This document shows, piece by piece, positions 1 through 14,971 of a DNA stretch of 64,000 nucleotides. The notes under the pieces were generated by a model that did not search any database, was not told the DNA's origin, and saw only the letters and a list, made by a program, of their open reading frames with translations. The translations under genes and the position numbers were made by a program. The first letter of the stretch is position 1, and each line of letters opens with the position of its first letter. Source of the stretch: the human T2T-CHM13v2.0 reference genome, Homo sapiens; the NCBI RefSeq assembly GCF_009914755.1, contig NC_060926.1; one strand, written 5' to 3'.

Positions 1-1301
1 ATGCTGGTCTCCAAGGCCTTCAGATCCTGGACTGTGAGAACAACAGGCTTCTAGAGACTCATATGCAAATGCACTAAGAGGCAGGGTGCTAAGTCAACTG
101 TATCAATGAATCCCTGCAACGGCCTCCTCGTTTCCAGGTCTGCTACTGAAATAAATTCAATTAGTCTGGTAAGTTTTGGTCATTAGCCATTCATTCAATT
201 AATATTTTTTTAGCACCTTATTGATCAAGGCACTTGGCCAGGGGCTGAGAGAGAGACAAAAAGCAAACCATAGATCCTGCCTCCACGTCTAATAAGATGG
301 TGCAAAATAGAAAAGTCCTATTAAAGTATGTATAAAGTACTACAATAGTTTGGAGAAGCCTGAGAGAATTTTATGCTTAAATTATCAAAATTAAGCTTTG
401 AAGAATGAATGCAGTTGAGTAGGAAGTTATCTGAGATGGGAGGAATGGCAATGAGCAAAGGCAAATTCTGGACAAGAAACAGTAATTTAGTTTATTTGAA
501 ACTATTATACCTTATAAATAGTAGAATAGACGGGGTAAGGCAGGAAAAACAGGCCAGCTCAGGAAGTCTTTGAAGCCAGGCAAAGGAGTTTGGGCTTATT
601 TGAAAGGAAAGGGAGAGACAGTGAGAGTTCAGGATGGGCGAGTACGAGTTGAGACTCAGGACGAATAATCCCACTTTCTTTTCTTCTTAACTACCCACTT
701 CAGAGAAACCCAAGTTAGAAGTTATCTCCAGGTGAATTATTCTGACCAGATCTGACCCTTCCAACACTAGCTCTGGTCCTAAGGGACTAGCTCTGCTACT
801 AAGGGTTTCCTTCCTTGAAAACAAAACATTTTATTCTGCTTTTCTTCTGCCCCAATTGTTTAATTATTTGGACACTAGAGTTCTGGCTTCAAACATTGAC
901 ACTTTACACTCCAAACTCACCTATCTCCAAAGTCAGAAGTAAAAAGTCTATTTTCCTGCAAATCCTCAAACCAGAAAATAGCCACACCACCATCACTATG
1001 ATCCTCTAACTCTTCATTATATTAGGTTAGAAGGCCTGAGGGCTCCTCATCAATCTTTGCTGATCCTCCTGCTTTATCGCTTTGCCCAATTCTGGGCATT
1101 CAGCCCTACCTGCATCATGACATCATCTTATTTTGAGAGACTGAAGGAGGATTTCATTTCCAATTTTTCCATTAGGGCGGAGAAATTTTTAAAGTACAGA
1201 TTCAATGGACAGCTTGCTGAGCAATGAGCACAAATCTCTGTCTTTTTATTTTTTTCTCCAACTGAGGAGAGAGCACAACTATCTTTGTTCTAATTTCCTT
1301 C

Positions 1302-3395
<2,094 letters not shown>

Positions 3396-3970
3396 TAGTT
3401 AAATAAAGTAGTGGTTGACCTGAAATAAGGACAAGGTAAGAAATTTTAAAAAGAAAATAAGAAAGTAGTGGTGGAGCTAGGACTTAAATTCTGGTGTGCT
3501 AACTCCAAAGCCCACCCTTTCTTCACCATGTTTCAGGGCTCCTCCCCTAGTGCCCAGCCTCTCCTGAATCAGAATACACGGTTCGGTCTTTGCACTCCCC
3601 CTTCAGGGCTTGCACCTAAGGCGCTTATTTAATTATGGGCACATGCATACTCGCTGCTTACATGTGCACCTCACCCTCTAATACGAGCCTCCTGAAGGGA
3701 GGGACATAAGTCGGGTGGTTTGGGATTCCTACGAACCCCAGCATGGGGCCTGTACACAACTGATGTGAATGAAATGTAAGGAAAGCTACAAGTCCTTAGC
3801 CCTGCATCTCGCCTCCTGGACGCTGTATCGACAGGCCAAGATCCAGATCATCGCTATATCCCTTACAGCCTTCTGCACACAGTAGGAGGTCAACATCATT
3901 AAACTTCAGTTCCCCCACTTTTCTTGGAACATAAAGCATAAGGGGGAGGGACTGGCACGCAATTCCTCAC

Positions 3971-4009
3971 CTGAGGGCTCAGCAGGGTCCTCAGGTGCTT
4001 CAAGTGCAT
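3971..4009 (-). CDS. IFT172: IFT172 exon 1 coding part (MHLKHLRTLLSPQ); gene continues off the left edge of the window
   Basis: ATG at 4009-4007, 13 codons matching the IFT172 N-terminus as I recall it, followed by GTGAG donor (3970-3966); lies in a CpG island. Confidence 0.93.
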
Positions 4010-4330
4010 GACGCACACCTGTCTTTCAGATGCTCCTAGACAGCGACAACTCCCGTGGTTACCTGGACAACCCGCCACGCAGCCGCAGCGACAGGCACTG
4101 ACGCTTATGCGACCGGAGCGCAACACGCGTCGCAAGGTCACACGTAACTTTGCGGCGAAGCAAACAGAACGTGCGCAAGCGCGGTGAGATCTAGGGCGGG
4201 CCCTTGAGAGGGCTTCATGAATGTTCTCCTTGACCAATCCCGTCGCCGCATGCAAACTCAAGACCAAGCCCCGCCCACAAGCCTTCAGCCAGCCCCAGGT
4301 CCTACGTCATAGCGGTCCGTCTCGCTCTTC
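4000..4330 (-). promoter_or_regulatory. IFT172: IFT172 CpG-island promoter/5'UTR with RFX X-box (4058-4071), NRF1-like site (4172-4183), GC boxes (~4194, ~4268), CCAAT (4234-4238)
   Basis: High CpG density; GTTACCTGGACAAC, TGCGCAAGCGCG, GGGCGGG/GCCCCGCCC and CCAAT read directly from the sequence. Confidence 0.75.
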
Positions 4331-4862
4331 GATGTACCTGACTTTCTGAGTGCACTCTCTTAATCCTCACAACTCTGGAGGGAAGCAGGGCGGTTTCCAT
4401 GATAGGCCTTCTGCAGTTGACGGAATTGTACCCAAATAGGTTACATGATTTGCACGGGATCGCAAGGCTAATAACGATAGCTAACGATGAATACTCAGTA
4501 TGTGTCTGCCAGGTACTGTGTAAAGTATTGTACGTGCATTTATATCATTTAATCCCAAAACCACCTTTTGAAGGGGATAGCGTTATTATTAGTCTCATTT
4601 TACATAACAGGAGACTCAGGGCACTTGCTCAAACTAACACAGCCAGCGAAGGACTTGGAACTGGAGTTCAACCCAGAGTTAGTAGCTTTAAACAGCTTTT
4701 ATGTTCCTTCTCAACTCCTAGCTCGCTCTCTCCATGCCACGATACTATAACCTGTCACATTCCCATCCCAATAAATGACATTTATTCTCAGAATCTGGAA
4801 GATGAGTGTTTTGGAACTAGCTGCCAAAGAAACGTAAGGTACCCTACTTCCTAATTGGGTAA

Positions 4863-5225
<363 letters not shown>

Positions 5226-6257
5226 TGAGGGCAGACCTGACTTGGCTCACCCGATAGGTTGTCTTGTGATACCTGGGGTTAGAGATTGGTTAAGTAGAAA
5301 AGAGACTGACTTGTTGATCTTTGGAGTCCCGTTCAGAATTTTTGGCCTATCTTCTAACATACCAGAGAGATTGAAATGCAGAAAGGAGTTATTCATAAGC
5401 CTGCTCTGAAATGATCCAAAGTTGGGAAGATCTGTAACTCTCCAGGAAGTGTAACATATGCTCTCCAGACAGACTGTGGGTCCAGAAGCCTTCCCCCACA
5501 GTGGTTTGCAAGTGTCAACAGGTGTTTGTCTCATGGCCACCAACCACCCCTTAGAAAATAGGAAAGAGCAGAGGACAGCCCCTATTTTCACAGGAAACAA
5601 GTAGGCCTCAGAGCTCAAATGAGAATTATTTTGACAGGGGAGTCCCAACCCCTCAGTTTTATTTTCAGAATCCTCCTCTGGATATGGTGGCAGAGCATGA
5701 ATATAAACTCATTTATGAATTACAGTTATTACTGACTTTGACTGACTAAACAGAGACAGAGATGAAAGGGAATGCAAAAGAGGGAAGAACAGACACAGGA
5801 ACACATAGGATAGGAGCATGTGGCACCAAGGAATCCATGAGTGTAGCTGTCCTTTCATTAGTCCCCAAGACACTGCTTAGTCCTTTTCTGACCATTAGCC
5901 CAGGGTTGATGGAGGAGTCAGAAGAGTAAGTGGTGAGGAGCTGTGCTGTCGATGCAAGCAGTGAAGATAAAAAGGCTACTACCCTCTCATATGATATGTC
6001 TTAGTTTTCAGTGGCGCAGGAACTTATATCTTTCTCTTCTCTTTTTCCCCTTCTCACCCAACAAAGCAAAAGAATCTGGGGTTAGTTTTCTATACCTCTT
6101 CTTCCTGGCCCTATCCTAGGGTGGGGTATTATCACACCTTGCAATGCTCCTGTCAAGTAGGTGATGGTGTAAGGGGCCCTTGGAGGGTCAGGAGAGAGAC
6201 AAGGTGAGGAAATGTCTTCAGCATACTATACAGTCAGCTCCAGTTTGTCCAAGAACC

Positions 6258-6263
6258 TTTATT
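6258..6263 (-). terminator. FNDC4: FNDC4 polyadenylation signal AATAAA (distal; a second one at 6396-6401)
   Basis: TTTATT on + strand ~540 nt past the FNDC4 stop. Confidence 0.7.
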
Positions 6264-6798
6264 GGAAAAATGTCCAACAAGTGATATCACTAGCAGCTGA
6301 AGGGGCTGCCAGGTGAGAGGGGGAGCACCTGAGGCTCCATGGAAGACATTGGAGTAGTGCAGTGCAGCATCTGCCTCTAGGGTCAGACAATTCCTTTTAT
6401 TTGCTGGGGTAAGAGGAGTACCCACAGAAACACCCCTCTCTGAGGGCCAGAGGCAAGATGTGGGGCAGCTGGGGATGCTCAGAGTCCTGATACAGGTGAA
6501 ATGGGGCCCCCATTTGGGACCTAATGGAGTAGGGTACAACTAGTGACTCTCCCCTGGACCGGGGAATGGAAGGAGATATCCCATCTGATATCCACTCCCC
6601 AGGTCCAGGGGCACAGACTCTGAACAGACCTACCTTCTGGCTCTGCTCACAGTGGAAAGAGGATGGGTACCAGGCCTGAGATTGTGGGAGTGGCAATACC
6701 CTCTGGGAGTCTCGGGCAGATCACCATCTTGGGCTCCCCCTGACCCCATCCCTATCCCCAGTTGTTAGTGCATCTCTCTTCTGGGTGTGTTTCTTCAC

Positions 6799-6834
6799 TC
6801 AAACGTCGATGGTGTTGATAGATGGTGACTTTTT
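6799..6834 (-). CDS. FNDC4: FNDC4 last coding exon (KKSPSINTIDV*)
   Basis: CAG acceptor at 6837-6835, TGA at 6801-6799; completes a 234-aa ORF. Confidence 0.93.
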   Translation of the reverse strand, partial: KKSPSINTIDV

Positions 6835-7021
6835 CTGTGAAAGAAAATGGCCTGAGTCTCAACTTCAGGAAGGTAATAGGTGCCACCCTTTCTCTCCAGC
6901 CTCCTCCATCCCAGATCTTCCATTCTCCATCTTTTTCTGCCCCTCTTTGACCTTCTTCCTTTCCCTGGCTGCCCCTCAGGGGCAGAATCACCCTTTCCGC
7001 CCTCACTGGCCCCCACATCAC

Positions 7022-7146
7022 CTGTCTTGTCCCCACTGGCCTTCCCTGAGGACTCTGTTCCGGCCCCTTTCCCTTCTCCTTGGGATTGTTGTTGGAGTCA
7101 TTGTCCTTGATGATGTCATACTGACGGCAGAACAGCCCAATTACAG
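7022..7146 (-). CDS. FNDC4: FNDC4 coding exon 5 (end of TM, cytoplasmic tail: AVIGLFCRQYDIIKDN...TRQ)
   Basis: AG/GT boundaries, 125 nt, frame consistent. Confidence 0.93.
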
Positions 7147-7361
7147 CTGAAACACAATACAGTCTGAGCCTTCATCTCCACTTCCCCCCTCATAGGGAGA
7201 TACCTACGTAGCTTCTAGAAAATCCATGAAGAACATCCTGAATTCCTGGTGCCCATGCAGTCCTCCTCTCTGGGCTCTCAACAGCCTCCTCTCCCTCTCT
7301 TCAAAGTTCAAATCATCCCTCCTGAACTAAGTATCTCCCCACTCCACTCTATTTCTCTTAC

Positions 7362-7660
7362 TTTTTTTTTTTTTTTTTTTTTTTGAGACAGAGTCTCGTT
7401 CTGTTGCCCAGGCTGGAGTGCAGTGGCATGATCTCGGCTCGCTCACTGCAACTTCCACCTCCTGAGTTCAAGCAATTCTTCTGCCTCAGCCTCCCGAGTA
7501 GCTGGGGTTACAGGCGCCCTCCACCACACTCTGCTAATTTTTGTATTTTTAGTAGAGACGGGTTTCACCATGTTGGCCAGGCTGGTCTCAAACTCCTGAC
7601 CTCAGGTGATCTGCCTGCCTTGGCCTCCCAAAGTGCTGGGATTACAGGCGTGAGCCACTG
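7362..7660 (-). mobile_element. Alu in FNDC4 intron
   Basis: Poly-T plus Alu consensus. Confidence 0.92.
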
Positions 7661-7746
7661 TATCTCTCACTTCTTTTTCTCCTGACAACCTTTGCCACCT
7701 CACACCTTTACTGAGTCCCTGGTCCCCTGTCTAGCTGCTTACTCAC

Positions 7747-7836
7747 CAGCCCACATGAGCAACACCACCACAATGATGACCACTTCCCCAGTCTGCAGTG
7801 GCCGCTCTCCATCCAGACCTTCCACTGTGATGTCAC
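7747..7836 (-). CDS. FNDC4: FNDC4 coding exon 4 (GDITVEG...VVIIVVVLLMWA, TM segment)
   Basis: AG/GTGAGT boundaries, 90 nt, hydrophobic helix. Confidence 0.93.
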
Positions 7837-8287
7837 CTGAGAAGGGAGAAGGCAGAAGGCAGACTCCAGGTTACTGGGGTCCATACTGCAGACATGCAGG
7901 ATGGAGATGCTGGGGATTAGAAAGGGTGGACCCATCATAATGTTGCCCTTGGAGTGTAGGGTAGCCCCTCCCTGGGAGGAAGCCATTGGTGGACAGGTGG
8001 TTAGCGACCAAAAAGCGGGATGGCTGCAGGTTAATTACTCACTCATGCAGGCTGCAGCTGATGTGAAGTTGGGTAACAGGAAGCTTAAAAGGCCTTCCCC
8101 CAAACAACTCAATACCAGCCTGTCTATACCCAATCCCCTTCCCACCTGCTTTTCTTTCCTTTCCTGGCAGTACAATGAATTAAATCATCCTATTCAACTC
8201 AGCTAGTCTGTTGCTTGTCTTGGGGAAGTAAGTAAGAGGCTGCAAGCCAGGTAAGCAGCCAGAGAATCCAATAGCACAGATCCTCAC

Positions 8288-8492
8288 CTGGGCTTGAACT
8301 GTTTGAAGGTAGCCGGTCAGAACCCTTGAGAGTTCGGAAGTGCACCCGGGGCCCTGGGGGACTCTCTCCCCGAAGGCCGATGCTCCTGACCTGCACTGTG
8401 TAGTCACTGTCTTCAGCCAGGCCCCAGAGGGCACAGGCCCGGGTGGTGGTGTTCACCTCCCGAATCACACGCTGCCCGGGGCCATTCTGCCG
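8288..8492 (-). CDS. FNDC4: FNDC4 coding exon 3 (FN3 domain C-half, RQNGPG...YTVQVRS...SSP)
   Basis: AG/GT boundaries, 205 nt; FN3 L..YTVQV motif. Confidence 0.95.
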
Positions 8493-8708
8493 CTGCAGGG
8501 AGATGAGGGGAGAGGAGGACAGCCTCACCCCAGTGCCAGGCCACAAGGCTCAACCAGAGACTCTTCAACATCCAAGCACTCCGGGGGAGTAGCGTGAAAA
8601 GGGCAGCCTGAGCCAGGATACGCCAGCTTCCAGATCCCCCCCACTTAAGTGAAGAAATGTGCCGAAATCCAAGGACACAGGTTGGGGGAGCAGAAGGGTG
8701 ATTCATAC

Positions 8709-8824
8709 TTGCTGGGAAATGGAGTAGCCAATGACGATGTTGCCTTCTGGGACGTCCCAGGACACAGTGGCCGAGTTGGCTCTGAGGTGAGTGACCGTCA
8801 CATTCACAGGAGAGGGAGGCCGGT
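8709..8824 (-). CDS. FNDC4: FNDC4 coding exon 2 (FN3 domain N-half, DRPPSPVNVTV...SWDVP...GY)
   Basis: AG/GT boundaries, 116 nt; FN3 PxNV..SW..P..GY motif. Confidence 0.95.
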
Positions 8825-8904
8825 CTGCGGGAGCCAGGGTGTTTAACAGGTTTCACCCATTGACTAGCTGTGGTTGACCCTCAGCCCCGTTCCCCTTTAC
8901 TTAC

Positions 8905-9037
8905 CTGCTCGCACGAAGCCCAGGTCACAGCTGACCAGCAGGAGGACCGTGGGGCTTAGATATGGGGAAAGGGGCACCAGCGAAGCCATGTCCCCACGGA
9001 GTCCGCTGGGGGGGGAACTGTGGCATCCGCTTGGCAT
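8905..9037 (-). CDS. FNDC4: FNDC4 first coding exon (MPSGCHSS...MASLVPL...GFVRA, signal peptide); exon acceptor at 9061
   Basis: ATG 9037, in-frame ATG 8989, GTAAGT donor at 8904, CAG acceptor at 9064-9062. Confidence 0.9.
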
Positions 9038-9149
9038 CCGCTTGACATCCAGGCGGGGCTCCTGGAGATGGCAGGAGTTGTGGGGGGTCAAGGACTGCCC
9101 AGAACGCACGGAGGTCGGGGGGCAGCAGCTCTCCTGGGCTCCCCACAGC

Positions 9150-9830
9150 TCACAACAGCCCTATTTTCTCTACGCCCTCCCGCCCCCGCATTGCCCGGGC
9201 GGCCCCAGAGTGCGGTCCGCCCTGCCCACACCCACCTCCGCCGGTCCTCGCGGTTGGTCAGGCCTCGGGGGGCTGCTCGGTGCCCAGAGGGCGGCCCATC
9301 GCCCGACTCGGTGGCGCTGCCCCTACCCCATCCCGGCGCGGGCCCGGCGACGCGGGCAGCGCGGGGCCGAGCTGCGGGCGGAGCGGGCGCGGGTCTGCGG
9401 AGCCCCCAGGGCTCGAGCGGGCCACGGAGTCTGTCCGGGAGCAGGGGGCGTTGCCCGGACGCTGGCCTGGGTCCCCGGTGCGGGAGGCAGTGCGGCGGCC
9501 TCCGCCCGCCCCTGCAGCGGGATGTGACCGTCCCGGAGAGCCAGCCGCCGCCTTCTGCAGCGCTGGCCCCGCTCGCTCCGCCGCAGCCCGGCCGGGACGC
9601 GCGGGCCCGCCCCGCCCAGCCGGGGTTCTCGCCGCCGTCATTCCCCTCCCGCCCCCTCACTCCCGTCCTCTCGGGGCTCCTCCCACGACCCTCCCAATGG
9701 CGCCTCCGGAGCCCCCATCCCTTATCCCTTCTCTCTCCCAGCTGAAGCGGACGAGTCGGCGGGGGCGTGGGGGGTGAGACGCGGGTGCTAGGGTCTCCGG
9801 CACCTGGGAGATCCCCTTCCTCCCCGCGTG
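9150..9830 (-). promoter_or_regulatory. FNDC4: FNDC4 CpG island / promoter and non-coding exon 1 (candidate donors at ~9326 GTAGGG or ~9235 GTGGGT)
   Basis: Very GC/CpG-rich, multiple GC boxes, upstream of the first coding exon; exact exon-1 limits not determinable. Confidence 0.7.
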
Positions 9831-11019
9831 GAAGAGCCAAGTTGGGAAGAGGAATTCCACCTCCAGTGCCCGAGGGGCTAACAGGAGAGGGGAGAGAGTG
9901 AGGGAGATAATAATTGCTTTAACAATCCCTTACTTGTAGACTGCGTCAGCTTTTAAGTCTCTTTCCCATTCATAATCTCATTTAATTCCGTTCGCTTTCT
10001 CATTCATTCTTTCATTTATTCACCAAATATTTATTGAGCATCTCCTATGTGTCTGGCATTATATTAAAACCTGGAGATACAGTGATTGTTAAGAGTGTTG
10101 GGCTTCTCGGGAGAATCAAAGCGCAAAGACCTATGGCTTTTTTAAAAAAATTATTATTCCTTTCTTTTCTTTTTTTGTTTTTCTAAAGCTCTACCACTTA
10201 CGGTGTGGTTTTGGAGAAACTGGTTTATCTGTGCTTCAGGTTTCCCACCTGTAAAGCAAAGCGTGTGAAATCTCACAGGGTTGTTGTGAGGCTCAAATGA
10301 GACAATGTTGGGGAAAGATCTTTATAAATCTCACAACACTATGTGACTGGATGATGGAGATTAATTTGCACCAATCTGTTAGTTACTTCTTTGTTCAATA
10401 ACATGTAAGCCCTTACATTATATCATGCTTTGGTTGAGCTTGAAATCTGAATTGAGAACCTGGGTGTGAGTCCCAATTTGTCCAGCTGTGTGATCTTAAG
10501 CAACCAACTAAACTACTCTGAGCCTGTTTCATCATCTGAAAAATGAGGGTGTCAATATTGACCAACATCTTAGTGTTGGTGTATCCAATGAGATACTGTC
10601 TGTGAAAAGTGTGTTGTTCAGTGTAAATAAATGTTGGCTAACATTGTATTTAGGGCAGATTCTTTGGTTTCTAATTCTCAATGCAGTATTTCTGTTTCTG
10701 TGGGATTTTTCCCGCTGTAATATCCAGTACAGTGTGTGCACACTTGGGGCTCAGAAGCTTCTACTGCCTTCCTTTCTGAGAGGAGAGGATAAAATGGGAC
10801 CAGTGGGACTGACTGTGTGTGCTGAGCATGTGATCAAGCCATGGGCCAGGTCCTCTGACTTGTGCTGACTTGGTGACCCTGATCTCTGGCCTCGGAGGAC
10901 ACTTGCCCAGGGATTCTCACTGCCGTGGGTGTTGTCCTGCACTCCCAGGCTCCAGGTCCTCTGTAGAAGAGGGCATTGTCCCGGTAGGGCAAGAGTCCCG
11001 AGCCTCAGGTCTTCCTCTT

Positions 11020-11269
11020 CAGGGGCCAAAGCAGAGGCTGGCGAGTCAGGGTGCTTGCAAAGAGGAAGCCCAGGAGTTTCCCTGGGGTTACCAGAGGGCT
11101 GGGGGCCTAGTGACCAGGAAAGGGTGGTGCTCTGAGAGCCCAGGGTGCTTGGGTTAATCATCACTGGGGCTCAGATAAGGCCCTGCCAACTGGAAGCAGA
11201 GTCATTGTGACCAGAGGGGTTTGTGTGGCTGAAGAGGCAGGAGGAACAGTGTATCCACAGCGTGGGACC
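11020..11269 (+). promoter_or_regulatory. GCKR: GCKR liver-type proximal promoter/5'UTR: HNF1-like GTTAATCATCACT (11153-11165), AGATAA (11173-11178), possible HNF4-like CAAAG element (~11023-11035)
   Basis: Motifs read directly upstream of the ATG; CpG-poor. Confidence 0.6.
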
Positions 11270-11329
11270 ATGCCAGGCACAAAACGGTTTCAACATGTCA
11301 TTGAGACCCCGGAGCCTGGCAAGTGGGAG
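11270..11329 (+). CDS. GCKR: GCKR exon 1 (MPGTKRFQHVIETPEPGKWE, aa1-20), glucokinase regulatory protein
   Basis: ACCATG start, GTGAG donor. Confidence 0.95.
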
Positions 11330-11608
11330 GTGAGACCCCTTCTTCATGTTGGCTTTCTGTGCTGATTCCTAGAATTATTTTTCATCCAGTCTTCCCTCCC
11401 CGCTGGTTTCTGCTCACCTCTTCTTCCTTCCTGATGTTCTTTCCCTAATATGCCCAGAGCACCAAGTGCAGGCTGAGTTTCTGGTGTGGTATGTGTGTGC
11501 GTGTGTGTAAGTCCAAACTCTGTGCCTGCTGCCACTCCCACCTCCAGCTCAGCAGGCATGAATGAGGCTTTGGCTTCCTGCTCCATCCTTGTCCCCTCTT
11601 CCTTCTAG

Positions 11609-11764
11609 TTGTCTGGGTACGAGGCAGCTGTGCCAATCACGGAGAAGTCAAACCCACTGACCCAGGATCTAGACAAAGCAGATGCTGAGAACATTGTTCG
11701 ACTGCTAGGGCAATGTGATGCTGAGATCTTCCAGGAGGAGGGGCAAGCCCTGTCCACATACCAG
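11609..11764 (+). CDS. GCKR: GCKR exon 2 (aa21-72)
   Basis: AG/GT; TEKSNP motif of GKRP/MurQ-like SIS proteins. Confidence 0.96.
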
Positions 11765-11926
11765 GTAACCAAGACCCAAGACCTGGACCCTGGAAATAAA
11801 CATGCCAACCCCAACCCCACCTCTGCTCTCCCTCACCATGGCTCCTAATATCGGAAACCCTGAGACCCCCTCCCCCATTCATCGTCCTCCTTTTCTTGGC
11901 TTCTCATTCCTGCATATTCCCTACAG

Positions 11927-11995
11927 AGACTCTACAGCGAATCCATTCTGACCACCATGGTACAGGTGGCTGGGAAAGTTCAGGAAGTGCTGAAG
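11927..11995 (+). CDS. GCKR: GCKR exon 3 (aa73-95)
   Basis: AG/GT, 69 nt, RLYSESILTTMVQVAGKVQEVLK. Confidence 0.95.
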
Positions 11996-12619
11996 GTACT
12001 AACCTTCCTTCTGTTCCCTGCCTAAACTTTTCTGTTTCCCTCTTTCTCTTTTTACTGTCTCTATTTCTCACTTTGATAGATCTCATTCTCCTTTCTCCCT
12101 TTTGGAGATCCTCCCTTTTGGATCCTTATTTTCATCTTATTAATAAATAATAATGATAACTTCTCTGCTTAATACTTTATAATTGACAATCTACTTTCAC
12201 ACCTATTACCCTCACAAAAGCCTGTGAAGTTGATATGACTTCTGTTTGTTTTCCTCAGATGAAAAAACAAAGATTTAGAAAGGATAATCACTGTAGCTTG
12301 CTCAAATACACTGAGCTAATAATTGCTGGATAATGCTGCTTTTATTATTTACTTTTATTTAGATGACAAAGCTGCTTTCAGTTCTTTCTGGGAGAAGTAA
12401 GGATTTGAACAAGTAGTGGAGCAAGACATGGGAGTCAAACTGGTTTCTCTAATCCAATGTTCTTTTTGCTACACTACATTGCATGTATTTGTTCAATTTT
12501 GTGATGAGAGGAGGGATAAGGAGTCTTTCCAATTCCTCTTGCATTACTGACAAAGAAAAGAATATTCTTCTCCCAACCTGAGCCAGGCCCTGGTAATATA
12601 TGCCTCTTTCCTTCTTCAG

Positions 12620-12688
12620 GAGCCAGATGGGGGGCTGGTTGTGCTGAGTGGAGGGGGCACCTCTGGCCGGATGGCATTCCTCATGTCG
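12620..12688 (+). CDS. GCKR: GCKR exon 4 (aa96-118, GGGTSGR sugar-phosphate loop)
   Basis: AG/GTGAG, 69 nt; SIS-domain GxGTSG motif. Confidence 0.96.
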
Positions 12689-13088
12689 GTGAGCACCCTG
12701 GTCTCCAGTTTTCTTCCCCCTCCACTTCTGGAGGTGACCCTCAGGACCATAAAGATCATCATAACTAAGCTCCCAGGTGGCCCCCTCACTAGACCTGGAC
12801 TCCAAGCCTGGCTCTTTCTCTCTTCCAAAAGCTAGATGTCACCATGAAGTCCCATTTCTTCTGAGCCCATCTGAGTCCCGCCAGTATGTTGCCAATGTCT
12901 CTACATCCCATGCACCACCGACTAATCATCTCCAAGTAGCAGCTTTAAGTGCGAGATTCCATGTAGGACTGGGTTAAGCACTGGTCTAAGAGAATCATTA
13001 TATAGTCTCTGCCCTCTAGGAGTTGAAAATCCAAGATAATTGTTTCTTCTCTGTCATTACCTCTTTACATCCTCTCCCTGCTTGACAG

Positions 13089-13162
13089 GTGTCCTTTAAT
13101 CAGCTGATGAAAGGTCTGGGACAGAAACCTCTTTACACCTACCTCATTGCAGGTGGTGACAG
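13089..13162 (+). CDS. GCKR: GCKR exon 5
   Basis: AG/GTAAG, 74 nt, IAGG motif. Confidence 0.95.
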
Positions 13163-13506
13163 GTAAGCCAAGTTAGCCTATGAATATTTTGTTTGACCTA
13201 AATAGTATTTCTTAGAAATTGAGTTGGAATACCTTTAGACAGAGATTGTGTCTGGCTTGTCTTAGTCCTCACCATTCCTTATTCCCTCACACTTGGCCCA
13301 CTTCACATACTTATGTCGCCTGACTGGCTGTTGTAGGTATTTGAGTTTTTCAACTCTATGGAGTGTCTATCATGCACCAACAAACTGTGGGTGCTCATTC
13401 AATGATAGTTTTCCCTTTATGCGCATCTCTTAATGTAGCCTGCCCTAATACGCCATAGGCTTCTGCTTCCCAGCCACTGCCACTGACCTTGAGTCTGTCC
13501 TCTTAG

Positions 13507-13573
13507 GTCTGTGGTGGCCTCTAGGGAGGGGACAGAAGATAGTGCCTTGCACGGGATTGAGGAACTGAAGAAG
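13507..13573 (+). CDS. GCKR: GCKR exon 6 (to aa165)
   Basis: AG/GT, 67 nt, EGTED motif. Confidence 0.94.
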
Positions 13574-13761
13574 GTCTGTGCTTTTCACTGACATTGACCA
13601 GAGACCTCTATCTGTTCCTTCTCATGGGGACATAAAAGCCCCAGCATTCAGCCAAAGCCTATTTCCTCCCTCCCCTGTTCCTGGCCCTGATATCCTCACA
13701 CAGTAGATTTGTGCCCTGGAATCCTCCCAGTTACACTACCTTGTCCATCCTCCTCTCCTAG

Positions 13762-13815
13762 GTGGCTGCCGGGAAGAAGAGAGTGATTGTCATTGGCATT
13801 TCTGTGGGACTCTCT
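13762..13815 (+). CDS. GCKR: GCKR exon 7 (aa166-183)
   Basis: AG/GTGAG, 54 nt, VIGISVGLS. Confidence 0.95.
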
Positions 13816-13823
13816 GTGAGTAA

Positions 13824-14963
<1,140 letters not shown>

Positions 14964-14971
14964 GACTAGTC

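Noticed and set aside
766-805. 20-bp tandem duplication (also small ones at ~39353-39402 and ~57352-57402)
   Set aside because: Ordinary slippage duplications with no sign of function.
4399-4854. 151-aa + strand ORF divergent from IFT172
   Set aside because: Runs through MIR-like sequence, with no splice structure or recognisable homology; at most promoter-antisense transcription.
8874-9860. 200-250-aa ORFs on both strands
   Set aside because: CpG-island composition artefacts over the FNDC4 promoter; no recognisable domain.
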